Part shown: piece by piece, positions 56,358 to 63,667 of the stretch
How the letters are laid out: each line of letters opens with the position of its first letter
Position numbering within the stretch: position 1 is the stretch's first letter
DNA from: a virus
Taxonomy: Duplodnaviria; Caudoviricetes
DNA: 64,000 nucleotides
Reading direction: 5' to 3' (one strand)
Virus record (IMG/VR): IMGVR_UViG_3300014208_000002
Location: 32,001-96,000 of that record
Translations under genes and position numbers: made by a program
Notes under the pieces: generated by a model
Database searches by the model: none
What the model was told of the DNA's origin: nothing
What the model saw: only the letters and a program-made list of their open reading frames with translations

Positions 56358-56546
56358 TCATCCGTAGATCGTTTCGGATATTTTTAGTTTCTTATAAATA
56401 CTCTTATCCACCTTAGAAAGAGCTTCATAAACCATTTGTAATTCTCGCATTTTTGATTCATTATTTGATTCTACTGGAGCAAAAATAATCTCCCAATTAT
56501 TAGTATCTTCTCGCAAGCCAATAATAAACTTTAAAGAAATCTCCAT
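56358..56546 (-). CDS. Hypothetical protein
   Basis: AAGGAG SD. Confidence 0.55.
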   Translation of the reverse strand: MEISLKFIIGLREDTNNWEIIFAPVESNNESKMRELQMVYEALSKVDKSIYKKLKISETIYG

Positions 56547-56557
56547 TCGTATTCTCC

Positions 56558-56752
56558 TTATTTAGATTTTTTCCCACAATATTTACAGACTAACTCACCC
56601 CAACCAGACTGATCCTTTTCAGAATCCGAAGCGGGAATATAGTCATGTCCAGAAATATAATTTCCAGTAACAGCTAAAGTAAGAAAACCTTCTTTTAGGT
56701 TTAGCCAAATACAATGAAATAGACAAAAAATAAAACCAAAAATCTTTTTCAT
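56558..56752 (-). CDS. Hypothetical protein
   Basis: AAGGAG SD; GH.Y...CKYCG. Confidence 0.55.
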   Translation of the reverse strand: MKKIFGFIFCLFHCIWLNLKEGFLTLAVTGNYISGHDYIPASDSEKDQSGWGELVCKYCGKKSK

Positions 56753-56761
56753 GTTCTCTCC

Positions 56762-57073
56762 TTAATCATCAAATTCTATTGGAATAAAAACCTTTTTTAA
56801 GCGAATTGAGTTATTAGCTCCGGCATACATTATATAGTAAGTAGAATTTTCCGAGGGAGGCTTGTCTTTTAATGAAAATAGAAAGTTCTTACAAATTTCT
56901 CTCCACTCTTTTATCATTCGTCTTTGTCCCTCATGGGGAATAATGTTTTTAGATAAGAGAGTAACTATCTCTTTGATCCTTTTATAAGAGAAGTTCTTAA
57001 AATAATACTCATATTTTTGGGTGTCATTAAGTTCAAAGTCGTCATTACCTACTTCTAAAACATAATAATACAT
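56762..57073 (-). CDS. Hypothetical protein
   Basis: AAGGAG SD. Confidence 0.55.
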   Translation of the reverse strand: MYYYVLEVGNDDFELNDTQKYEYYFKNFSYKRIKEIVTLLSKNIIPHEGQRRMIKEWREICKNFLFSLKDKPPSENSTYYIMYAGANNSIRLKKVFIPIEFDD

Positions 57074-57084
57074 ATTTTATCTCC

Positions 57085-57285
57085 TTAATATATACTTCCT
57101 TCCTGCCCTGGCTCATTACTATTCGTACAGGGGAACTTATGATTAGTAGCATGGGGACATCGCTTAAACCCACAGGTCGAACAAACAACCATAATAGATA
57201 AACCATCAGGAAGTCCATGTTCTTTCCAAGGAGTTTCGTTCATTCTTTCTATTAAGCATTCTCTACAATTACAGTTTGAAAGCAT
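57085..57285 (-). CDS. Cys-rich zinc-binding micro-protein
   Basis: CNCREC...M.VCSTCG.KRCPHA..H...CT.SNEPGQ.GS.Y. Confidence 0.65.
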   Translation of the reverse strand: MLSNCNCRECLIERMNETPWKEHGLPDGLSIMVVCSTCGFKRCPHATNHKFPCTNSNEPGQEGSIY

Positions 57286-57583
57286 GTTAATCTCCTTCCA
57301 AAGGTGGGGTAATCCAGCAAAGACAAATAAAACCTAAGTTAATACTATTCTGCCACCCATCGTAGTATATAGAAGTATAACCTAATTTACAATCCCAAGC
57401 CCAAAAGAAGAATTTGAAACTATTGGCGTATTTAAGTCGGATTTTCATGTATATTTCCTATTATTATCTTGCTGTCTTCTCTTAGTCCTTTTTCAAAACA
57501 AACATAACAAATATATATTTTTTTGGCAGGATAGCATTCAAAAAATAAAACATCCTCATTTTCATAACTACAGAAAGTACACT

Positions 57584-57997
57584 TCATAATAGTTTATATT
57601 CTCCAGTAATCAAATCAATCTTTTCTGATTCATCTGGGCCGACTGCAATACAAGTGTAAGTTTTTACTCCACCAAATTCAGTTAGCCCGTTGTCTAAAAT
57701 AATAGCACAAGGAATATTTGCCGCATTGCATTTTTCTTCAATAGAGTGAAGTTCCTGTTCACCTTCGCAACCTACAACAATCTTGGTAAAACCGGGTTCG
57801 CCTTCTTTCCAATCAAGCCAAGTCATCATGGCAGGAGTGTACTCTGTTATAAATAATTGACTGCCTTCTGGCATAGTAGTACAAGATCGAGTCATCCTAT
57901 CAAAAAATACCTTCATAGAGGCGTGACTGCACTGACTTGCAATTTTGCCCTTACGCATATTCAAGTTTTTGCGAACTACAATTACTTGCTTAATCAT
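57584..57997 (-). CDS. pth2: Peptidyl-tRNA hydrolase, Pth2 (archaeal/eukaryal) type
   Basis: KQVIVVRKNLNMRKGKIASQCSHAS, KIVV, DNGLTEF, T.IAVGP, ID.ITG.YKLL. Confidence 0.92.
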   Translation of the reverse strand: MIKQVIVVRKNLNMRKGKIASQCSHASMKVFFDRMTRSCTTMPEGSQLFITEYTPAMMTWLDWKEGEPGFTKIVVGCEGEQELHSIEEKCNAANIPCAIILDNGLTEFGGVKTYTCIAVGPDESEKIDLITGEYKLL

Positions 57998-58281
57998 GCC
58001 TCTTCCCCGAATATTTCTTTTTGAAGAGCTTTATACAAGTCAAGCTCTAATTTATAGTTAGCCTTTTCCTTGTCTATTTTTATTATTTCCTTTATGTCAT
58101 CATAGATATCTTCAGAATCTACGCAAGCTATCCGCCCAATAAAGAAATCTCTTCGTGAATTATTATTCAATTCCCGTTCATAGGAACATATTTTAGTTTC
58201 CAAAAACCTTTTAATGTCCTCTATTCTTCTTTTTCTTAAAACCTCTAAACGAGCATCTATCATTTCAAATAGTTCTTCCAT
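57994..58281 (-). CDS. Hypothetical protein
   Basis: AAGGAG SD. Confidence 0.5.
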   Translation of the reverse strand: MEELFEMIDARLEVLRKRRIEDIKRFLETKICSYERELNNNSRRDFFIGRIACVDSEDIYDDIKEIIKIDKEKANYKLELDLYKALQKEIFGEEA

Positions 58282-58296
58282 GTTATTTCTCCTTAA

Positions 58297-58644
58297 TTAT
58301 ATCAGCTCTCTCTTGAAAAACCCTTCAGAAAGCTTCTCCATTACTGTTACATTTTCTCCATCACAGATAAAACCCTTAATACTTTTTTGAGGAAAAGCGT
58401 AAGCTAAAAACTCTTCTATGTTTTCTATAAAATATTTATTTCCAGTATCCATTCCCAAACCGGAAGATAAAAACTCTGAATAAGAAATAGGATCAGGTAT
58501 AATATACCCCAAATTATGAGCGGTTTCTCTAATAGCCTCTGTTAACCATTCTTTCCTAACTACAATAGTAAACCTCTTAATATGCGCTTGCTTTATCATT
58601 TCAAGAGTTTTGCCTGTACCAACTTTTCCAGTTATAATTTTCAT
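58297..58644 (-). CDS. Short P-loop-containing protein
   Basis: ITGKVGTGKT; only 115 aa. Confidence 0.5.
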   Translation of the reverse strand: MKIITGKVGTGKTLEMIKQAHIKRFTIVVRKEWLTEAIRETAHNLGYIIPDPISYSEFLSSGLGMDTGNKYFIENIEEFLAYAFPQKSIKGFICDGENVTVMEKLSEGFFKRELI

Positions 58645-58645
58645 T

Positions 58646-58882
58646 CTAATCTCCTTTTTTGCATGGACACCACTCAGGAATTTTTATTCTAATTCCTTCA
58701 TTCCATCCTACAGAATTTCTAATTTCCTTACTATTCACTTTGCATGTCCAATCATATTCCATTTCAAAAGGATCAGGAGTATAGTGTCTTTGCGTATAAA
58801 GATTCGGACATTGTTCACAATTAAAAACTTCTATTACTATCTGTGACTTCTTAATTTTTTGAGTCATTACATTATCCTCCAA
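58646..58882 (-). CDS. Cys-rich micro-protein
   Basis: CEQCP...C...IPEWCP. Confidence 0.55.
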   Translation of the reverse strand: MEDNVMTQKIKKSQIVIEVFNCEQCPNLYTQRHYTPDPFEMEYDWTCKVNSKEIRNSVGWNEGIRIKIPEWCPCKKGD

Positions 58883-58969
58883 AATTCCTAATAATCACAT
58901 CTAAAACTAAAATTATTCCAACACAGCCCACGAGAACAAAATATAGTACGCTCTGCCATTTAGACATTT

Positions 58970-59311
58970 CTATTTCCTCTCATATAGAAAAACCAAATTG
59001 GCTTTTTTCGCTTCATTCCTCATAGAGTCTGTACCTCTACCTCCGGGAAGAAGAATAACCGCATCTGCATATTTAGCCATAACATGATTTCTGAAAGGAC
59101 CAGCTCTTTTTCCAAACTTATCCCAATCAGGTAAAAATTGTGTTATAGGAATTTCTAAACGATTTGCCAGCATTTCTCCAAATTCATCAGCCCCCTTTGC
59201 TCCTCCACTAACAACTTCTGTTACCTTATTTTTTATAAGTAATTCTTCTATGGCCTTATAGTCTTCTTCGGTTTGGATATAATCCCGCCCCCCAGCAATT
59301 ATAACTTTCAT
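58970..59311 (-). CDS. SLOG-family protein (YspA/DUF2493-like)
   Basis: VIIAGGRDY, VVSGGAKGAD, PDW...GKRAGPFRN..MA.YADA, PGGRGT..M. Confidence 0.85.
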   Translation of the reverse strand: MKVIIAGGRDYIQTEEDYKAIEELLIKNKVTEVVSGGAKGADEFGEMLANRLEIPITQFLPDWDKFGKRAGPFRNHVMAKYADAVILLPGGRGTDSMRNEAKKANLVFLYERK

Positions 59312-59312
59312 T

Positions 59313-59570
59313 TTAATCTTTTACTGACTCATACTTGCTGGCAAAAACATTTGCACGAAGAGAATAAAACTCTCCCCGTTCATCCTTAATTACATAGTCA
59401 CCCTTCTCCACTCGCATATTTCCTCGGAGAGCAGGAATAATCATAAACTCTCCATCCTGAGAAAAATCAAAATCACCTTCTTTTATCCAGTTATTAGGAA
59501 TTCCTGATTCAACCTCGCCCCCAGCAAACTGATAAGCCTCTACTGTTACTGCCTTCTTAATGTACTTCAT
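59313..59570 (-). CDS. Conserved small phage protein
   Basis: KK.V.VEA.QF...I..L.G.M....GDY.IK...GEFY.....F...YE. Confidence 0.65.
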   Translation of the reverse strand: MKYIKKAVTVEAYQFAGGEVESGIPNNWIKEGDFDFSQDGEFMIIPALRGNMRVEKGDYVIKDERGEFYSLRANVFASKYESVKD

Positions 59571-59580
59571 ATATTTCTCC

Positions 59581-60678
59581 TTAATTCCCTATCTTTAAAT
59601 GTGCATACGCATCATTATGGGTACGATTCACTTTAATGAAAGTTGCCCGTTTATTCAAGTGCTTTAATCTTGTTGCCCCTACATAAGTAAGAGTTGAACG
59701 AAGCCCACCGAGGATTTCGTTTATAGTATCTTCAATTTTTCCCCTATATTCAATAAGAGAAGTAGCCCCCTCGCTTGCCTTATAAGTAGCTTTTCCACCA
59801 TAGTGTTTTTCCATTGCAGTATTTGAAGACATTCCATATACTTTTACTGATATACTATCTACATATTCTCCACTATAATTTTCTACAAGATTTTCTTTAT
59901 CTGTGTTTTCTTGGTGGGCCGCAAGCATAGAACCAAGCATTACAAACCCATCAGAGGATGCCAATGCTTTTGCCACATCTCCAGAGTTAGAGCATCCTCC
60001 ATCTGAAATTATCCAACCGCCTAAGCCTTTTACTGCATCGGCGCATTCCATATTTGAAGAAAGTTGTGGATACCCAATCCCTGTTACAACCCGAGTGCGA
60101 CATTGCTGTCCTCCACCAATTCCAACCTTTACAATATCCGCCCCTGCTTGAATTACTTGTTCTGCCATATTAGGAGTACAGACATTTCCCGCTATTATTC
60201 GTAAGTCAGGATATTGAGAACGAACCTTAATAATAAAATCAATAAAAGGCTGTGTATATCCATTAGGTACATCTATACAAACCCATTTTTGAAGTTTACT
60301 ATTTGCTTTATGAATAGCATGGACACCTAATAGTTTATCATAGTCAGTATCTTTAATTCCAAAAGTAGGAATAACATATTCAGGACTATACCAAGTAGAT
60401 TTAACAGCCTCTTCCCAATCAGCCGAACCATAAAACTTATGAATAGAAGTTAGCATCTTGTATTTAGACAGAATTTCAGCCGCCCCAAAAGTTCCAACAG
60501 TGTCCATATTAGAAGCAATTATAGGAACACCTGTCCAAGAATTTTTAGAATAAGGAAAAGAAAAAGTTCGTTCAAGACTTATTTCTTCCCTTGATTTTAT
60601 TTCAGTATCATGAGTTGCCCGCTGTGGAATAATCAAAACATCATTAAAATCTAACTTTACATCTTCTATTATTCGCAT
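59581..60678 (-). CDS. guaC: GMP reductase (IMPDH/GMPR family)
   Basis: KLDFNDVLIIP, PIIASNMDTVG, IDVPNGY, AGNV, KVGIG...C.TR, ISDGGC, MLGSMLA, YGMSS, ASEG. Confidence 0.9.
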   Translation of the reverse strand: MRIIEDVKLDFNDVLIIPQRATHDTEIKSREEISLERTFSFPYSKNSWTGVPIIASNMDTVGTFGAAEILSKYKMLTSIHKFYGSADWEEAVKSTWYSPEYVIPTFGIKDTDYDKLLGVHAIHKANSKLQKWVCIDVPNGYTQPFIDFIIKVRSQYPDLRIIAGNVCTPNMAEQVIQAGADIVKVGIGGGQQCRTRVVTGIGYPQLSSNMECADAVKGLGGWIISDGGCSNSGDVAKALASSDGFVMLGSMLAAHQENTDKENLVENYSGEYVDSISVKVYGMSSNTAMEKHYGGKATYKASEGATSLIEYRGKIEDTINEILGGLRSTLTYVGATRLKHLNKRATFIKVNRTHNDAYAHLKIGN

Positions 60679-61016
60679 AGTTTGTCTCCATCATACCTGT
60701 CATAGTCATCTTCAATTCTTTCAATATCACTTTCATCACATTTTCCAAATTGAATTTCTAATATTCGTAGTGGCTTTGTTCCTGTATTAGATAAACGGTG
60801 GACTGATCCCTTTTTTATCCAAAAAATAAAACCAGTAATCCAAGCCCTATGCCATTTTTGTACAATAAAGCTCTTCTCAAATAGAACCCACAATTCACTT
60901 CTATGAAAATGTTTTTGTAAAGAAAATCTTTGCTGTGGATTCATTATAAGAATTTTTACTTTAATAAAATAGAGATTCAATAAAACATAAAATCTTCCCC
61001 ACGGTCTTGTTTCCAT
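60669..61016 (-). CDS. Cupin, type II mannose-6-phosphate isomerase C-terminal domain
   Basis: RPWGRF.VL, KVK.L...P.Q..SLQKH.HRSE.W, HRL.N, EIQ.G...E.DIER.EDDY. Confidence 0.8.
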   Translation of the reverse strand: METRPWGRFYVLLNLYFIKVKILIMNPQQRFSLQKHFHRSELWVLFEKSFIVQKWHRAWITGFIFWIKKGSVHRLSNTGTKPLRILEIQFGKCDESDIERIEDDYDRYDGDKLCE

Positions 61017-61021
61017 AAAAT

Positions 61022-61291
61022 TTATTCACCTTCTTCCATAAGTTGTTTTCTTAATTTTATTATTTGCTCGGCAAGAATAATATCAGTACCCGCAGAGAGA
61101 TTTTGTTCATGCCTAAGCATGATACCTTGCCCCTCATGAAATTCATAGTAACGAATAATTGTTTCTGAGGAATTAGACTCTATTTCATAATGATATGTAT
61201 CATCAAATCTTATTATACTCTTTACAGTTATTTCAGAAGCAACTGCCCAAGGAAACTCTTTCTTAACTTTTTCTCTAAGTTCTTTTTCCAT
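61022..61291 (-). CDS. Hypothetical protein
   Basis: Coupled to the upstream ORF. Confidence 0.55.
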   Translation of the reverse strand: MEKELREKVKKEFPWAVASEITVKSIIRFDDTYHYEIESNSSETIIRYYEFHEGQGIMLRHEQNLSAGTDIILAEQIIKLRKQLMEEGE

Positions 61292-61599
61292 TATATTTTC
61301 CTTTCTGCATAGATAACATCTGCTTGTTCAAAAGCAGGGGAAAGAATAAGAAGGTTATCTTTGAACTCATAATAGTAACCAAGCCCCGAGATGATAATTA
61401 AATTAGTCTCAGGAATTTTTTTCCAGATAAAAATGGAAGAGGAATCTTCATTTTTTAGGGTTATTGTTTCAGGGGAAAATTCCATGCTTGTGAAAATAGA
61501 TTTTGATTTAGGGAGGATATTATATACCCCCTCAAAATCCTGTGCTATTAGGCAAAACGCCAGAAGAAGAAAAATAGAAGCTAGGATTATCCGCCTCAT
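61291..61599 (-). CDS. Small exported protein with signal peptide
   Basis: MRR + hydrophobic core + LIA-QD; lipocalin-like G.Y...F. Confidence 0.6.
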   Translation of the reverse strand: MRRIILASIFLLLAFCLIAQDFEGVYNILPKSKSIFTSMEFSPETITLKNEDSSSIFIWKKIPETNLIIISGLGYYYEFKDNLLILSPAFEQADVIYAERKI

Positions 61600-61623
61600 T
61601 ATATTTACCCCTTTCTCCTTATA

Positions 61624-61652
61624 ATTATAGGGAGAAAAGGATGTAATGTCAA
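61624..61652 (-). promoter_or_regulatory. Perfect-consensus sigma70 promoter TTGACA-N17-TATAAT
   Basis: Read directly. Confidence 0.9.
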
Positions 61653-61657
61653 GAAAA

Positions 61658-62404
61658 TTATATCGAAATTATCAAATAATTGGGTTTCTCATAATCACTA
61701 CCAGAGTTGTAGCAAATCGTTCCACTACCGAGAATTTCTCCATTTATAAGATGATGAGTATGCCCAAAAAAGAGGTAGTCTACCCCTGTCATTCCCCGTG
61801 CCATTGCAGGATCACCACCATAATATTCTAAACTATTATCCTGACCAGACAGAGAAGGTACTATGCCAAAATGAGTCATATATATTATTTTCTTTCTACC
61901 AAGATAATTTTGTTTCAACCGCATAGCAAGGTCAAAAGATTCTCTTGCCCTCTTATTTAAATAATCAAAACCTTCATCAGGAATATTATATAAAGGAATA
62001 AAGTTCCGATCATTTGAGCTTTGATTATCATACATGTACCAACCATCTGCCCCTAATATGACAATTTCCTCATTTTCGTAAATCTGGGAACCAGCATGAA
62101 CTATGCCAAATTGCTGAAAAATATCAGTGTTAATCTGTAGTTTGTCTCGTATAGGCTTTTTATTTTTATTAGACTGCCAAAGACAGTGATTACCCCAGTT
62201 AGCAACAATAGGAGTTTTAGGAAAAAGACTACGAATAAGAATCAAATATTCTTTTAATTGAGAAGTACACTCCGAAGCTATATCTCCTGTATGACAGATA
62301 ATATCTGGATTTTCTGTCAATAGTTTCTTGAGTAAGTCTTTATTTTTTAAATCTCCACGGGAAGAATATCCCCAATGGGTATCTGTCAATAATGCAATCT
62401 TCAT
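61658..62404 (-). CDS. Calcineurin-like metallophosphoesterase
   Basis: LLTDTHWG, HTGDI, WGNH, THF, FGHTH. Confidence 0.85.
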   Translation of the reverse strand: MKIALLTDTHWGYSSRGDLKNKDLLKKLLTENPDIICHTGDIASECTSQLKEYLILIRSLFPKTPIVANWGNHCLWQSNKNKKPIRDKLQINTDIFQQFGIVHAGSQIYENEEIVILGADGWYMYDNQSSNDRNFIPLYNIPDEGFDYLNKRARESFDLAMRLKQNYLGRKKIIYMTHFGIVPSLSGQDNSLEYYGGDPAMARGMTGVDYLFFGHTHHLINGEILGSGTICYNSGSDYEKPNYLIISI

Positions 62405-62421
62405 AAGAATAAACCCTCAAA

Positions 62422-62431
62422 GTATTAGTAG
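62422..62431 (-). promoter_or_regulatory. Candidate late-promoter motif CTACTAATAC
   Basis: Immediately downstream of the terminator, 27 nt before ATG 62404. Confidence 0.45.
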
Positions 62432-62442
62432 AGAGTAAATAG

Positions 62443-62477
62443 AAAAGGGGCCATAGAGCTAACCTTTCTATGACCCC
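62443..62477 (-). terminator. Intrinsic terminator closing the structured RNA
   Basis: GGGGTCATAG/CTATGGCCCC stem followed by TTTT. Confidence 0.85.
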
Positions 62478-62790
62478 AAAATAACATCATTATGTTACGG
62501 ATTTCAATTCCGCATTTAATTGATTCAGCTTCCAACTTGTCCGAGTCACTAGACCGTTTATGCTAAAAGCGCCGCTCTTCCATCTGAGCTACCCTCCCAC
62601 AAAAAATTCTTATTAAAAAAATTCTTTGTGGGCGGGATTGGGGTCGAACCAATGCACACGCTGATTTTACGATCTAAACCCATTCTTCTACTTGGAAGAC
62701 TAACTACTATGGTGCAAGAATCTGAATCTGACCCCTCTCCCAAGTGGAGGGTATTCATACTACTGCTTATGCTGATACTAGCACCATATA
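62478..62790 (-). ncRNA. Structured RNA with a circularly permuted tRNA-like core (YrlA/Y-RNA-like architecture); core 62550-62676
   Basis: T arm ATTGG-TTCGACC-CCAAT (62653-62637); CCCGCCC-A (62636-62629) pairs with GGGAGGG (62598-62592) across a 30-nt hairpin; D arm GCTC-AGATGGAA-GAGC (62589-62574); GCGCT/AGCGT closes the anticodon-stem position; outer helices TAGATCG/CGGTCTA and CTTCCAA/TTGGAAG. Confidence 0.75.
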
Positions 62791-62794
62791 ATAT

Positions 62795-62827
62795 AAGTAG
62801 AGAAGAGTAATAAACCCCCCTCTACCT
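62795..62827 (-). other. 13-bp G-U-rich hairpin between the 249-aa gene and the RNA
   Basis: AGGTAGAGGGGGG/CTCTTCTCTACTT with four G-U pairs; 3' arm carries CTACTTATAT, one mismatch from the late motif. Confidence 0.6.
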
Positions 62828-62835
62828 TTATTTAT

Positions 62836-63585
62836 CTAACTGTGAATGAAACTGAAAATAGCCTCCCCAAGCTTAATCTGCTTTGCCTCTGCCTGATTTG
62901 CCATTTCCTTTGCTTGCTTGACAGCAAGGATAAGCTCATCAATGTTAGAAAGGAGTGTAAACTTCTCACCAGGGGACAGGCGACCGGAAGTATAGGTAGT
63001 ATCATACTTTCCTACCTGGACTTCATCCTGAACAAGCTGAGTCTGTGCGGGATGCTTGTCGGTCGGAGGAGCGAGAGTGATTACCTTCGTCTTCTTCACC
63101 GTGCGATACTTGACCTCGGGAGAAGCCTGATAGAGATTTCGTCCACTCTGCTTTTCGGTTTCCCAAGCCCTTGCAGGATCAAGAGTAGGAATAGCCTTAT
63201 ACTGCTCACGAATGCGAGTAAGGAACCGCTCCAGAGCAATATAAGTAGTTGCCGCAAAGGTGCCGAAAGACACCCCCTTGACAACAAGTTCCGCCTTTGC
63301 TTCGCCAGAAGCATTTGTCTCTTCCTTGGAAATCGTGGCATCAAGGGAACGAATGACGGACTCCTTTACATAGTCCAGCTTTTCCTTGACTGTCGTTACC
63401 ACTTCCTTCGTCTCGGGAGGAATAAGTTCTTCTCCCTCATTGAAAGAGGAGTAGAGCTTCGTGATTCCATCGAAGTGTTCCTGCTTCTTGGTAAAAGTGT
63501 TGACACACTCATCCATGATGTTTTTGGCTTGCTGATCCAAACTCGGCTCTACTGCGAGAAGGGCGTGAAGTGCATTCTTTCCCAT
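62836..63585 (-). CDS. Conserved 249-aa helical phage protein of unknown function (DUF7873-like from memory)
   Basis: LHALLAVE...F..K..HF.G..K.Y...K..TNA...A...L..L..L...Y..IPTLDP...W...Y..G......K......I..L..AVKQA...AN; AAGGAG SD; GC-richer. Confidence 0.75.
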   Translation of the reverse strand: MGKNALHALLAVEPSLDQQAKNIMDECVNTFTKKQEHFDGITKLYSSFNEGEELIPPETKEVVTTVKEKLDYVKESVIRSLDATISKEETNASGEAKAELVVKGVSFGTFAATTYIALERFLTRIREQYKAIPTLDPARAWETEKQSGRNLYQASPEVKYRTVKKTKVITLAPPTDKHPAQTQLVQDEVQVGKYDTTYTSGRLSPGEKFTLLSNIDELILAVKQAKEMANQAEAKQIKLGEAIFSFIHS

Positions 63586-63619
63586 GTTTCGTCTCCTTTA
63601 GTTTACTGTTGCTATGAAT

Positions 63620-63648
63620 ATTATAACCAAGATACTAAAGACTATCAA
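63620..63648 (-). promoter_or_regulatory. sigma70-type promoter TTGATA-N17-TATAAT
   Basis: Read directly ahead of the 249-aa gene. Confidence 0.85.
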
Positions 63649-63667
63649 ATTAAATTTTCTTTTTTTC

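Noticed and set aside
61658-62404. Assignment as SbcD/Mre11 partner of SbcC
   Set aside because: 11 kb from sbcC and only generic metallophosphoesterase motifs; the partner cannot be assigned
62560-62598. Apparent ordinary tRNA (Lys/Leu-like 5' half)
   Set aside because: No T arm or acceptor 3' strand follows downstream; the matching half lies upstream, so it is not a linear tRNA gene
62478-62720. Naturally permuted group I intron: AAATGCGGAA and AATCCGTAAC resemble P/Q elements and TAGTC resembles S
   Set aside because: No GACTA-type P7 5' strand was found, and the only candidate omega-G (GATCG|TAAAATC) gives no 7-nt anticodon loop; an Infernal group I search would settle it
62558-62758. 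66-aa - strand ORF running through the RNA and ending in degron-like RAALLA
   Set aside because: Weak SD; its sequence is explained by the RNA stems, so it is treated as incidental unless ribosome profiling shows translation
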